Shown piece after piece: positions 25,358 through 34,263 of a stretch of 34,700 bases of DNA. A program made the position numbers and the translations under genes. The number at the start of each line of letters is the position of its first letter. Position 1 is the first letter of the stretch. The notes under the pieces were generated by a model. That model was not told the origin of the DNA. It was given only the letters and a program-made list of their open reading frames with translations, and did not search any database. Source of the DNA: a virus (taxonomy: Duplodnaviria > Caudoviricetes); IMG/VR virus record IMGVR_UViG_3300002307_000135, positions 1 to 34,700 of that record. The stretch is one strand, 5' to 3'.

Positions 25358-26212
25358 TTAGACTGCGGTGGCAGTGTAATACTCGTGGTTGCCGAAGTTG
25401 ATTTTCACCAAGATTTCGGGAATTTGAGTAAAGATGATTGTGGAACCGGTGGGGATTGTAGTAGCAGTGCCGCCCAAAGAGCTGGTAGCCACGTTAATCG
25501 TCACCGAAGTTGCGCCTGCTGCCGCTGCCGTGGTAACAAACGATCCAGTACGGATAATTTGACCGCTGGGGCTGGTGCCACCTGCAACATACGACACGTC
25601 TGTACCGGCAAGGATTGCGCTGGGCAAACCGGAACCAGTCAAGGTGATGGTTGTAGAAGAGGAGCTACCTGTTGCGCTAACCGACGAAGCAGTATCCGAC
25701 ACAATACCAACCACACGGCACGGGAACGTGCTAGTAGTCAGGGTAGCCGAGTACAGCAGAGCGTTGGCAGAATCGCCAGTAGTGTTGCTACCGGTGTTGT
25801 CAATCATCGAGTAGTTTTGGCCGATCATGGCGTAGCTACCAGATGCAATTGTCGTACCAGACGAGCAAACAACCGCTTTGAACACGGTGTCAGGATCGTC
25901 ACAAACGACTGCCTGCGCGTCACCAGCCAACGTGCTAGCGGGCCAGTATTGCGAGAAAGTCAATTGCTTGGTGACAGGGTTGGTGTAAGAACAGCCCAAG
26001 AAAATGCCGACCATACCGGCGGCGGTGCCGTCAGTGCTAACCGACATACGTTGGATGTTACCGCGCACCAGCTTGACGAAATCGCCATAGTAGATGCTAG
26101 TAGCAGTGCCGTACTGAATAGGCAGGAGGCGAGTAGAACCCGCGAAAACCTGCCCGCCGATCAAATTGACCGGTTTTAGCCCGTAAGGGGCCGGGACATT
26201 AGGATATGCCAT
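25358..26212 (-). CDS. Capsid cement / minor capsid protein, 284 aa, with Thr/Ser-rich insertion
   Basis: MAYPNVPAPYGLKPV...IYYGDFV...GIFLGCSYTNP...DDPDTVF pattern; immediately upstream of the capsid gene. Confidence 0.7.
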   Translation of the reverse strand: MAYPNVPAPYGLKPVNLIGGQVFAGSTRLLPIQYGTATSIYYGDFVKLVRGNIQRMSVSTDGTAAGMVGIFLGCSYTNPVTKQLTFSQYWPASTLAGDAQAVVCDDPDTVFKAVVCSSGTTIASGSYAMIGQNYSMIDNTGSNTTGDSANALLYSATLTTSTFPCRVVGIVSDTASSVSATGSSSSTTITLTGSGLPSAILAGTDVSYVAGGTSPSGQIIRTGSFVTTAAAAGATSVTINVATSSLGGTATTIPTGSTIIFTQIPEILVKINFGNHEYYTATAV

Positions 26213-26224
26213 TTAAAAACTCCG

Positions 26225-26674
26225 TTATTTAGAACCAGAACCAAATGTTGCACCACGGGTTGAAGACGATTTACGGTCTGCAAACAGCGGCATACGAGGA
26301 TCACTATTACGCATGAAGTTGTTGTCCACCGATTCCATCTGAGCTTGATTCTGCTTGGCAAAATAATCGGTCATTGCTTGGGCTTTAGCTGTCGGCATTT
26401 TGCACAACATCAGACCGCCCACTTCAACATTACCGTTATTGTTTCCTTGCAGCATCAACTCTGGATGATCCACTGCCTTCACGGGTTCCCAGCCATCGCG
26501 CATCTTACGAGACACATTGGTCGGATCAGCCACACTTAGAACTGCCGTAGCAATCCATCGAAATGACATACCCGGAATAGGGGTTGGATCAGGCAGAGTA
26601 CTCGCAGGTTTGTACTCATAGCGAACTTCTTTTTCGCGCGACACAAGGTCACGATTTACGCGGTTTTCAGCCAT
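26225..26674 (-). CDS. Conserved head-morphogenesis-region protein (149 aa)
   Basis: PASTLPDP..G..FRWI...DPTNVSRKMRDGWEPV...VGGLMLCKMP. Confidence 0.8.
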   Translation of the reverse strand: MAENRVNRDLVSREKEVRYEYKPASTLPDPTPIPGMSFRWIATAVLSVADPTNVSRKMRDGWEPVKAVDHPELMLQGNNNGNVEVGGLMLCKMPTAKAQAMTDYFAKQNQAQMESVDNNFMRNSDPRMPLFADRKSSSTRGATFGSGSK

Positions 26675-26675
26675 A

Positions 26676-27605
26676 TTAAGCCTCCAATTTCATTACTTGA
26701 GCAGCATACTGCTGCGGGGTTAAACCAAACTTCTTTGCCAACGCCATTTGCGTTGTAGTCAGCTTGATCTTTCCTGTCGCGGTTGAACGCGACGCTGAAG
26801 CAACTACCGTTGACGGTCTTTTAGCGGCTGTAGCCGAAGATTTGCTTTCAACGGCTCCGAATAATTCGGGGAACGCTGACTTCACGCGAGCATTGATTTG
26901 CTCGAAATACTCATCGCTGCTCGGGTTTATACCTGAGGTGACTAGCTTCTTATGCAGCCCTAGTGCGTAGCTGGTGTATTCCTCGAACCCCGGGGCACCG
27001 AACCACTGGTTTTTTGCCTGCCAGCGCAGTGATTTTTCGTCCGGTTGTGCCGTTTGGGGAGCGATTTGTTGCGTTTGTACAGCAAAATCGTCGTCTTGTA
27101 AAGGGGTTGGACGATAATTTTTTACCTGTTCAAGCTTGAGTTTGGCATCCATTACCGCTTCTTGGTGGTAAATAATGTCGTCTGTATTAAAGGATTCCTG
27201 CGCTTCACGCAGTTTCCGGCGGGCTTTGTCTAACTCCGCCTGTGCTTTTTCTTTAGCCGCTTCTATTACTGCTTCCTGCCCCTTGTTAACGTTTGTCTTC
27301 AAGTTCTTGTTTTCGGCAATAAGCTGTTGGGCAAGGCGCTCAAGCTCCTGTTTCTCTCGCAGGACGGCCTCCTTGCTGCGGCGCTCGTCGTGCCGGGCGT
27401 GGGTCAGTTCCTTGATGCGGTTCTTTACCTTGTCCGAGTACGACTCAATTTCTTCGTCCGTTGGGTCGGCTACTTCGTGGCTTAATGGCTTGCGGCCTCT
27501 GTCCCTTTCGGGGGTATCGTCTTCAACTTCGATTTCGATTCCAGCGCCATCATCTACTTCGATGTTGGTGTTGTCCACCTCGTCGGGAAATTTAAACTCT
27601 TGCAT
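26676..27605 (-). CDS. Putative capsid scaffolding protein (309 aa)
   Basis: Acidic N-terminus, long coiled coil (YSDKVKNRIKELT), W..KNQWFG, C-terminal LAKKFGLTPQQYA; lies between portal and capsid. Confidence 0.7.
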   Translation of the reverse strand: MQEFKFPDEVDNTNIEVDDGAGIEIEVEDDTPERDRGRKPLSHEVADPTDEEIESYSDKVKNRIKELTHARHDERRSKEAVLREKQELERLAQQLIAENKNLKTNVNKGQEAVIEAAKEKAQAELDKARRKLREAQESFNTDDIIYHQEAVMDAKLKLEQVKNYRPTPLQDDDFAVQTQQIAPQTAQPDEKSLRWQAKNQWFGAPGFEEYTSYALGLHKKLVTSGINPSSDEYFEQINARVKSAFPELFGAVESKSSATAAKRPSTVVASASRSTATGKIKLTTTQMALAKKFGLTPQQYAAQVMKLEA

Positions 27606-27614
27606 GTCTACTCC

Positions 27615-28049
27615 TTATGCGCGGGTAATTCCGCGTGGGTCGTCCACCACCGCATCGACTTGATCGTCATTGATGAGGCGGAACTCTTTGCCGTAAATCT
27701 TGAGGCGCGTACCAGAATATGTACGTGTCACCACAAAGTCTCCGGGTTTGCACCAAGGGCCGCTAGGGAACTTGGCGGGATCTTTATACGCATCGGGGCC
27801 TACCTTCAAGACAAACAGCACGGTGGTCGCGTGTTCTTCCTGACGGATGTAGGTATCGGGGCGCTCAAGATCAAGCTCGGTACCGGACAGCTTTGTCGAT
27901 ACTTCGGGCAGAACACACAGCAACTTGTAGCCTGTCGGCTCAGGAAGCATGGTGCCTTTTTCTTCAGCAGTAGCGTCGTCTTGCGGTTTATCCTGTGGCT
28001 GGATACCGGGCGGAAGACTCATACCGGGTGGCAAAATGATATTACTCAT
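27615..28049 (-). CDS. groES: GroES/Cpn10-like co-chaperonin
   Basis: PTGYKLL..., VLKVGPDAY, CKPGDFV, YSGTRLKIYGKEFRLINDDQVDAVV align with GroES PLxDRV / VLAVGxG / VKVGDxV / YxGTEVKxDGEEYLIxxExDILAVV. Confidence 0.8.
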   Translation of the reverse strand: MSNIILPPGMSLPPGIQPQDKPQDDATAEEKGTMLPEPTGYKLLCVLPEVSTKLSGTELDLERPDTYIRQEEHATTVLFVLKVGPDAYKDPAKFPSGPWCKPGDFVVTRTYSGTRLKIYGKEFRLINDDQVDAVVDDPRGITRA

Positions 28050-28236
28050 CTGATTTTTCGACTTTCTCTGCAAGGTCAATGACATAACGCTCTGCAACGG
28101 CTAGACCCTGAATAACGCCGCAGAGTTTTTGATACTCATCAAAAGTTCGACACACCCCTCCCGCCAAGTCGTCAGCGTAGTTGTTCATGTCCTTACGTAT
28201 TTGGTCGCGCAATACGTTTGCGAATTGTTGGATCAT
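28042..28236 (-). CDS. Small conserved protein downstream of portal (64 aa)
   Basis: DDLAGG...FDEYQKLCGVIQGL; overlaps the portal stop. Confidence 0.8.
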   Translation of the reverse strand: MIQQFANVLRDQIRKDMNNYADDLAGGVCRTFDEYQKLCGVIQGLAVAERYVIDLAEKVEKSDE

Positions 28237-30740
28237 TGGCTAGGTTCGCCTTTCTTAAAAGTTGCAATGTGTTGCAAAGCGTCTTTTCGCAGGGCGGCTT
28301 CGTCCTGTGCTTTGCTCCGTGCAATGTCGATGCCCATGCGGACACCTTCCCGTTGCTGGGTTGCGGCCATATCGGCCCGTTGCTTTTTGATCTCAGCTCC
28401 GACTTTCATTGAGCCCAGCTGTAGGTTGCCAGAGATCTTCTGCTGCTCCAGCTTGAGCTGGTCGGCCTTGTGCGCCATGTCTGCGGCCAGCTTGGTCGCC
28501 TTGAGCTTGAGGTCTTCCTGCTTGATTTGCAACTCTTGCTGCTGCATCTGCACCAGTGGGTCTTGAGCTTGCTGTTGTGCCTGCTTCTGGGCAGCTTGGG
28601 CTTGATCTTGCATGAGCTGTTGTTGCGCTGCTTGGGCCATCATGGTGGACAGAGCCAATTCGACTTCTGGCGGCAGATCCTCGTCCTCTGGCGGCAGGGC
28701 AACGCCCAACTGCTTTTCGACGTTCTGGCGCATTTGGAAGCCAACGTGCTCGGCGATGTGGGACATCGCTGACTGCAAGAGCATGGGTGCCTGCGGGTTT
28801 TGGCCCATCTGTTGCTGAATCAGCGGGTCGTTGAGCATGAACTGATGGACGGCGATGTGGGCCGCGTGGTCTTGGTACAGGAACGCTTTGACCGGCTTGG
28901 CCTTGAGGATGGCTTGGTTCTCTGTGACCGGATCCTTGGGCTTGTAGTCGTCCTCGACCGGCACCAGCTTCTCGGCGTTTTTGATTCCCATGACGTTGAG
29001 CATGGCGCGGTGCAGCTCGGGCAGGTCGTAGATCTGCGGAGCCATTTGGGCCATCTGGATGACGGCTTGGTACTGCACAACCCGCTGGCTCATGGTGGCC
29101 GCGTTAGGATCGGAGACGGGGATGATGTCCACCAAGTCGTAGTCAGCCTTCTTGGCTTTACGGTTGCCATACTCAGGGTCAAAGGCGTACTCAGGCGCGG
29201 TGTTGTCGCGGATCAGTTCCTTGAGCAGCTTGAGTTCTTCCTTGAGCGCGAAGTGCACACGGGCTTGCACTGCGGTCATAACCTTGAGCTGGCGCTCCAG
29301 CAGGGCCAGAGTCGTGCCCACAGGCGCACCTGCTGCGCCCATGTCGCTCATATTAGTATCAGCAGTGGCGGCAAATCTGCGGCCCTCGTCCACAATGTTG
29401 CCCAGCAACTGGTACAAAACTTGTGACGGTTCTTTATATGGTAGGGGGAGGATGGAGTCCCGGATGCTGCCGCTGGCAACGTCTACGTCGCGGAACTCTC
29501 CCGGAGCGATTGGCGTATCATCCCCCTTAATGCGTAGTCCACGCGATTTAAGCCCTCCGGGGAGATTGCTGAGCGTCCCGGCATCGACAAGTTGTCGCAT
29601 GATGCTTGTAGCCGACTTAGCAAATCCACCAATGAGGTGGAAGAGGCCGAAACCGTACGCGCCGAAGCCCGGGATGTACTGGTAGTGGACGAAGTGTTGG
29701 CGTTTGAGCTTGAGGTCATCGTCTTCCTTCCAGTTGCGGCGAATGGACAGTACCGTGTTGGTACCTTTTATTAGGGTTACTACGTAGGGAAGCGCGATGC
29801 CGGTCTCTTCGTCATCGTCGCCCTTGTCCTCAAATCCTTCCAGATCCAAGTCAACGTGGCATTCCAGCAACACATAACGGTCGTCGTTAATATCGCTGAA
29901 CCCAGTCTCCTTGTCCTTGGCCTTCTTGATATCGTCCCGGTCACGCGGTGGGTCTGGCAGGTCGCAGTCACAGTAGAACCCAGCAGCTTGTAGCTTGAGG
30001 ATCTCGTTCTTGGTCTTGCGCATGACGTGCGTCAGGCGGCGGCAGGTGTCCAAATCCGTGGTGCCATAGGGCAGGATAATGTCCTCGGCTGGGACAAACA
30101 TAGAGACGGGCCGACCAAGCGACGGGTCGTAGTAGACCTTTTTAAACCCCGATCCCGCGCTGGGCAGGTTCCACGCCAGACGCTCGTGCTCCGGGCGGAA
30201 CTCCTTCATGACCTCGGTCAGGTCATAGTTCATGTCATCTTCAACGTTGGCCGCAGCCTCGCGGATCTGCTGGTTCTCAAAACCCAAAATCTTGGTACGC
30301 ACCGGGCCGCTAGCCGGGAACGTCTCGGTAATCATCTCAGCCTGAAAGCGTACAACGGCCTCGGTAATCAGGGGGTGGAACACGCCGCAAGCGCCATCCC
30401 ATGGCTCCGTGCGCTCCTCGATCTGCAAGCCCAGCAGTTTGAGCCCCTCGACGATGCCCTTCTCCCACTCCTTGCGGGAGTTCTTGTCGTTGTCAATGTC
30501 CGAGGACAGGTCGCCAGCTACGGTTTGTAATACAGAGTCTGGGAGGAAGTCCGCTAGGTTGGAGGCAAAGTCCTCTTCGCCTTCGCTGTCATCTTCGCCA
30601 AGGCTGATTTCCATGCCATCCATCTTGATGTTCATTTCCTCGGGATCGACCACCTCGATCTCCAGCGGCGTTTCCTGTTCGGCCATCTGCGCGATCCCTA
30701 CTGGTGCGCCGTACAAGCCCTTGTCTATATTGGTAGCCAT
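28233..30740 (-). CDS. Portal protein (P22-like, with Gln-rich C-terminal barrel), 835 aa
   Basis: RTEPWDGACGVFHP, GSGFKKVYYD, PGFGAYGFGLFHLIGG, RQLVDAGTLSNLPGG, PLPYKEPS; directly follows terL. Confidence 0.88.
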   Translation of the reverse strand: MATNIDKGLYGAPVGIAQMAEQETPLEIEVVDPEEMNIKMDGMEISLGEDDSEGEEDFASNLADFLPDSVLQTVAGDLSSDIDNDKNSRKEWEKGIVEGLKLLGLQIEERTEPWDGACGVFHPLITEAVVRFQAEMITETFPASGPVRTKILGFENQQIREAAANVEDDMNYDLTEVMKEFRPEHERLAWNLPSAGSGFKKVYYDPSLGRPVSMFVPAEDIILPYGTTDLDTCRRLTHVMRKTKNEILKLQAAGFYCDCDLPDPPRDRDDIKKAKDKETGFSDINDDRYVLLECHVDLDLEGFEDKGDDDEETGIALPYVVTLIKGTNTVLSIRRNWKEDDDLKLKRQHFVHYQYIPGFGAYGFGLFHLIGGFAKSATSIMRQLVDAGTLSNLPGGLKSRGLRIKGDDTPIAPGEFRDVDVASGSIRDSILPLPYKEPSQVLYQLLGNIVDEGRRFAATADTNMSDMGAAGAPVGTTLALLERQLKVMTAVQARVHFALKEELKLLKELIRDNTAPEYAFDPEYGNRKAKKADYDLVDIIPVSDPNAATMSQRVVQYQAVIQMAQMAPQIYDLPELHRAMLNVMGIKNAEKLVPVEDDYKPKDPVTENQAILKAKPVKAFLYQDHAAHIAVHQFMLNDPLIQQQMGQNPQAPMLLQSAMSHIAEHVGFQMRQNVEKQLGVALPPEDEDLPPEVELALSTMMAQAAQQQLMQDQAQAAQKQAQQQAQDPLVQMQQQELQIKQEDLKLKATKLAADMAHKADQLKLEQQKISGNLQLGSMKVGAEIKKQRADMAATQQREGVRMGIDIARSKAQDEAALRKDALQHIATFKKGEPSQ

Positions 30741-30749
30741 GATTTGTCC

Positions 30750-32291
30750 TTAATAGTATGCAGCCCGCCTGCGGCGGAATAGGGATGGCTCGTCCTTTTC
30801 GTCCGAGTCCAAAGCAATGAACCCGCCTTGGCGAAACCGCAACAAGGCTTGGCTGGTCGTATCCACGAAGTCGTCATTATCACCGTTCGGGAAGGCCGCG
30901 ACCTCCTCAATCACCTCCCGCGCCCAGCGCGTGTCCGGTGCCCAGACTTTACCCGAACTGAATAAATCCGCAATCGCGTTGACCCGCACGATCTTATCGT
31001 TGCCCCGGCTGGGGCTGAACTCTTGCACCGGTATGCCCATGGCCCGCAGTTCTTGGATAAGTGGTGCACCGGCGGCTTTCTTCTCCACGATGAACGCATC
31101 GGGCTCCCACTGCTTGTAGTGCTTGAGCGCAGCGGCTTTTAGCTCCGGGAACTCCATGCGCTCCTTGAACGCGTCCAGCAGGATCAACTGCGCCTCGTCC
31201 TTTTCTTCCTCGTTGTAGAACACGCCCCACGTGGTACAGGCGGAATAGTCCGCCCGGTTCTTGGCTTCAAAGGCCGTGTCCCATGACTGGATAATGTACT
31301 CGCACGTAGGAGGATCGTCGCTTGGCCATACGCGCCATAGCTTTCGGGAGATGATGGCCGCAGCGTTGCTTGTGGGCTGCTGCATGTACTGGGCGTTCCA
31401 GTACTGGGGGTCGATCGACGCCTTGGTCGCCTTTAACTGCTCCAGCGGCCACTGCTCCGGCCAGAGGGATTTCTCGTTCTCCTCCCCCTCGTTCAAGATG
31501 GCTGGCAGTTCTACGATCTCCCACGGCACGGCCTGCGGGTTTTTGGTCTGGTAGTCGATCAGCCGCCCAGTCAAGTCCAGCTTACCCCAGCGCGTCATGA
31601 TGACAATGATCGCCCCACCCGGCATCAAGCGCTGCAACGGGCCAGTTTGGAACCATGACCACGCAGTATCAAACGCAAGGCGGCTGTTGGCCTTTACGTC
31701 CTGCTCTGAATGGGGATCGTCAATGACAAATAGGTCAGCACCGCGACCAGCAAGAGCGCCGCCCACGCCAGCAGCATAGTACTGCCCGCCAGCAGCAGTA
31801 GACCATTTGCCAGCCGCCTTCTGATCTGATGCCACATTGGTGTCGGGGAAAATGCCATGGTACTCCTCCGTGTCTAACAGGTTCCTGATCCGCCGTCCAA
31901 AGTCCTCGGACAGGCCCGCCGTGTGCGTGGCCATAATGATCTTCTTGCTTGGAAACTTGCCAAGGAAGTAGGCTGGGAACAGGTAGGACGAGAACTCGGA
32001 CTTGCCCATACGGGGCGCGATGTTGATGATGACCCGCTTTTTCTTGCCCTCGATCACGTCCGTGAAAATCTTGGCCAGCTTCTTGTGGTGCGGCCCTACC
32101 TTGAACCCCGGGTAGACCTCCGTGGCAAACCCCAGCATGTTGGTCTTAGCAGCCACCAGCGCTGCGCGGCGCTCCCGGATCTCCAAGTCGTCCAGCAACT
32201 CCATCTTGTCTGCAAGGGACATACTAGGCAACGCCGCCTGTATGGCGGAAATCTCCCGAGGGGTCAGCGTGGTGAACTGGTTAAGGTGCAT
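30750..32291 (-). CDS. terL: Terminase large subunit
   Basis: Walker A INIAPRMGKS, Walker B LFVIDDP, motif III IMTRW; nuclease domain QSWDTA, DYSA, IVEKKA, NDDFVD. Confidence 0.95.
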   Translation of the reverse strand: MHLNQFTTLTPREISAIQAALPSMSLADKMELLDDLEIRERRAALVAAKTNMLGFATEVYPGFKVGPHHKKLAKIFTDVIEGKKKRVIINIAPRMGKSEFSSYLFPAYFLGKFPSKKIIMATHTAGLSEDFGRRIRNLLDTEEYHGIFPDTNVASDQKAAGKWSTAAGGQYYAAGVGGALAGRGADLFVIDDPHSEQDVKANSRLAFDTAWSWFQTGPLQRLMPGGAIIVIMTRWGKLDLTGRLIDYQTKNPQAVPWEIVELPAILNEGEENEKSLWPEQWPLEQLKATKASIDPQYWNAQYMQQPTSNAAAIISRKLWRVWPSDDPPTCEYIIQSWDTAFEAKNRADYSACTTWGVFYNEEEKDEAQLILLDAFKERMEFPELKAAALKHYKQWEPDAFIVEKKAAGAPLIQELRAMGIPVQEFSPSRGNDKIVRVNAIADLFSSGKVWAPDTRWAREVIEEVAAFPNGDNDDFVDTTSQALLRFRQGGFIALDSDEKDEPSLFRRRRAAYY

Positions 32292-32883
32292 CTGGGACGA
32301 GGGGTTTGAGTTCGGCTTCGATGGTATCGGCGTCTTGGATATCTACCACATCGACCACCTGCATGAACTTGGCCAGCTTGTCTTTGATCCGCTGCTCCAG
32401 TTGCAAGTCGGTCATCTCGTCTTTCTTGATCTCAATTTTCTCGGTGAACAGCCCGACCTCGGTCACCTTGCCCAGCGCGGTCAGCGCTTTGAGCCTAATA
32501 CTGGCGCTGGGGTTCTTGGTTTCCTCGACGAGCTGGGCTACGCAGTAGCCGCGCAGTTGCTGCGCCTGATGGACAAACTCCCAGTCGTAGGCTGTCAGCA
32601 TCCCCACCAAATGCTGCACCGCAGCAGGGGCTTTGATCTGGCTGATGGAGTCTTTTGTCAGTTCTGCGGGTTGGTTGGTGACAATATTGGTGAACGCCTT
32701 GCGGGCAAAGTCGGCTTGGGCCTTGTCTACTGCGGTGTCTTCGTCCACGGCCCCCAGACTTTTGAGCCAGTTGCTTGTTTCGACTTGAGCGTCAACAGTA
32801 TCCGCCACCCCTGCTTTGTACAGCGGGGTAAAGTCGATGGCCGAGTCCACCTCTGGGTCAAAATCTATCAAATGTTCCAACAT
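32281..32883 (-). CDS. Putative terminase small subunit (200 aa)
   Basis: Immediately upstream of and overlapping terL; helical; IRLKALTALGKVTEVGLFTEKIEI resembles terS oligomerisation segments. Confidence 0.65.
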   Translation of the reverse strand: MLEHLIDFDPEVDSAIDFTPLYKAGVADTVDAQVETSNWLKSLGAVDEDTAVDKAQADFARKAFTNIVTNQPAELTKDSISQIKAPAAVQHLVGMLTAYDWEFVHQAQQLRGYCVAQLVEETKNPSASIRLKALTALGKVTEVGLFTEKIEIKKDEMTDLQLEQRIKDKLAKFMQVVDVVDIQDADTIEAELKPLVPDAP

Positions 32884-32954
32884 GCGTAAGCCCTTGCAGC
32901 CTCGTTGCGCCTAGTATATACTCGATTTCGGTGATTGCGCAACCAGTTGTGCAT
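32868..32954 (-). CDS. Candidate 28-aa upstream leader ORF overlapping the terS start
   Basis: AAGGAG-N6-ATG; MHNWLRNHRNRVYTRRNEAARAYACWNI*; its stop lies within the first 16 nt of terS. Confidence 0.35.
   Translation of the reverse strand: MHNWLRNHRNRVYTRRNEAARAYACWNI
32894..32922 (+). promoter_or_regulatory. Sigma70-like promoter TTGCAG-N17-TATACT
   Basis: Read directly; points at a terminator about 70 bp downstream. Confidence 0.6.
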
Positions 32955-33021
32955 TTGCTTCTCCTTGAGTGGGTTAACTCCCCTCCTTCAGACCCCCGGT
33001 GTTATGCCCGGGGGTTTTTTT
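32929..33021 (+). ncRNA. Candidate ~90-nt small RNA with two anti-Shine-Dalgarno CTCCTT motifs
   Basis: Bounded by the promoter above and an intrinsic terminator; no plus-strand ORF; CTCCTT at 32961-32966 and 32983-32988. Confidence 0.55.
32992..33021 (+). terminator. Rho-independent terminator
   Basis: ACCCCCGG-N8-CCGGGGGT followed by a T run (7 T in total). Confidence 0.8.
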
Positions 33022-33343
33022 CATTGGGGTTGTCTAGCGTTTGACAGGGTTTTTCTTGGATTTTCCTAGAAATTTTTAGGTTTGGTGTTGGATTTTCGAG
33101 GGTGGGGGGTTTTGTAGCTTTTGGGCTACAGGGTTGTTTGGGATTTTTGTAGTTTTGATTTGCGGGTGCAAAACACTGTTCATGGCGGCATGGTCAGACC
33201 ACGGCCAAAAGGGGTTCCGGGGGTGCGGTGGGGTCGCCGAAAAGGGTCAGAATGACCCGAATATACCCCCATTTGAGACAATAGAGGCATCGGTTAGGGG
33301 TTGGCCCTATCCGATATTTAACCTTTACTCATTGGAGAAAATT

Positions 33344-33718
33344 ATGTCAAACAAAGCTCAAGCATTCGCTGTTCTCAACGCATTCGCCGATTCCCGCGTG
33401 GCCCTCATTGAGGGTATGCGCAAGGCCGGTTACGCGACTGTGGAGGAATGCAAACCCGTGGTAATCGAATGGGCCTGCGCCAAGACGGGCGCGGAATTCC
33501 GCGAGACCAAAGGCGGCAAGATTGTGCTGGTCAGCGACCATGCGCGCTACGAGGCAGCCAAAACCACTGTGCGTGACGTGATGCTGATGATCCAAGGCAC
33601 GACTCGCCATGCGGTAAGCGCACGCAAGGAGAAAGACCCTATCGCGGAGCTGGCCGCGAAGCTGGCCAAGTTGAGCGCAGCCGACCAGCGCAAGGTTTTG
33701 AAGCTGGCAGGTCTGTGA
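33344..33718 (+). CDS. Early-region hypothetical protein (124 aa)
   Basis: GGAG RBS before MSNKAQ at 33344 (the track's upstream extension is unlikely); coding-like composition. Confidence 0.8.
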   Translation: MSNKAQAFAVLNAFADSRVALIEGMRKAGYATVEECKPVVIEWACAKTGAEFRETKGGKIVLVSDHARYEAAKTTVRDVMLMIQGTTRHAVSARKEKDPIAELAAKLAKLSAADQRKVLKLAGL

Positions 33719-33879
33719 TTCGGGTCAGCCTGACCCGATTTTTCCGCGTCAGACCCTGAGGGCGGGGCTGGCGCGTTGTTCCCTTTGTTGTCCAACCAAA
33801 CCCAACGTTATGCAAAATCCGCATAACCCTCAGTCCATTTTGTGACTGCTCAGTCACTTTTTAACTTTAGGAGTTCATC

Positions 33880-34029
33880 ATGCGTAAATTACTCAATGCC
33901 TACAAAACCCTGCCCTCGCCCACAAACCGCGCCAAGCTGCAAACCTACCTGAATAAGCACATGATGGCGGTTTGCTTAGCCACGCCCGAAGAAATAGCCT
34001 TCCTCAAAGCCCACGACTTCACCATCTAA
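33880..34029 (+). CDS. Early-region small protein (49 aa), below the ORF-track cutoff
   Basis: AGGAG RBS; MRKLLNAYKTLPSPTNRAKLQTYLNKHMMAVCLATPEEIAFLKAHDFTI*; its stop overlaps the next RBS (TAAGGAG). Confidence 0.75.
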   Translation: MRKLLNAYKTLPSPTNRAKLQTYLNKHMMAVCLATPEEIAFLKAHDFTI

Positions 34030-34039
34030 GGAGCACACC

Positions 34040-34231
34040 ATGAAATACAACAAGCAAACCACCATCCATTACCGCGACAAGCTGCGCCTACTGCGCGACG
34101 AGTTCGCCGAGCGTGCAGCCGCCAATGAAAGACGTAGGCTTGCCCTACTAGCAGCCGAGCGCTGTGCCATGATTGAGATTAGCCGCGACTGGCGACATGG
34201 CGTGAAGCCCCTGAGAAAAGGGTCAGCCTGA
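34040..34231 (+). CDS. Early-region small basic protein (63 aa)
   Basis: TAAGGAG RBS; Arg-rich helix. Confidence 0.75.
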   Translation: MKYNKQTTIHYRDKLRLLRDEFAERAAANERRRLALLAAERCAMIEISRDWRHGVKPLRKGSA

Positions 34232-34263
34232 CCCGAATGTGGTAAAAAAACAACAAAAAAATT

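Larger units (their letters stand above)
33244..34236. repeat. Three dispersed copies of the palindrome GGGTCAGnnTGACCCGA (33244-33260, 33722-33738, 34220-34236)
   Basis: Read directly. Copies 1 and 3 share GAAAAGGGTCAGnnTGACCCGAAT; copy 2 is a 19-bp palindrome TCGGGTCAG-C-CTGACCCGA. Confidence 0.9.

Noticed and set aside
24286-32889. Long plus-strand ORFs opposite the capsid, cement, portal and terminase genes (e.g. 24286-25323, 25385-26179, 32122-32889)
   Set aside because: Antisense shadows of well-supported minus-strand genes with biased codon usage; no motifs or RBS.
33041-33075. TTGACA at 33041 as an early promoter
   Set aside because: No acceptable -10 hexamer at 16-18 bp spacing.
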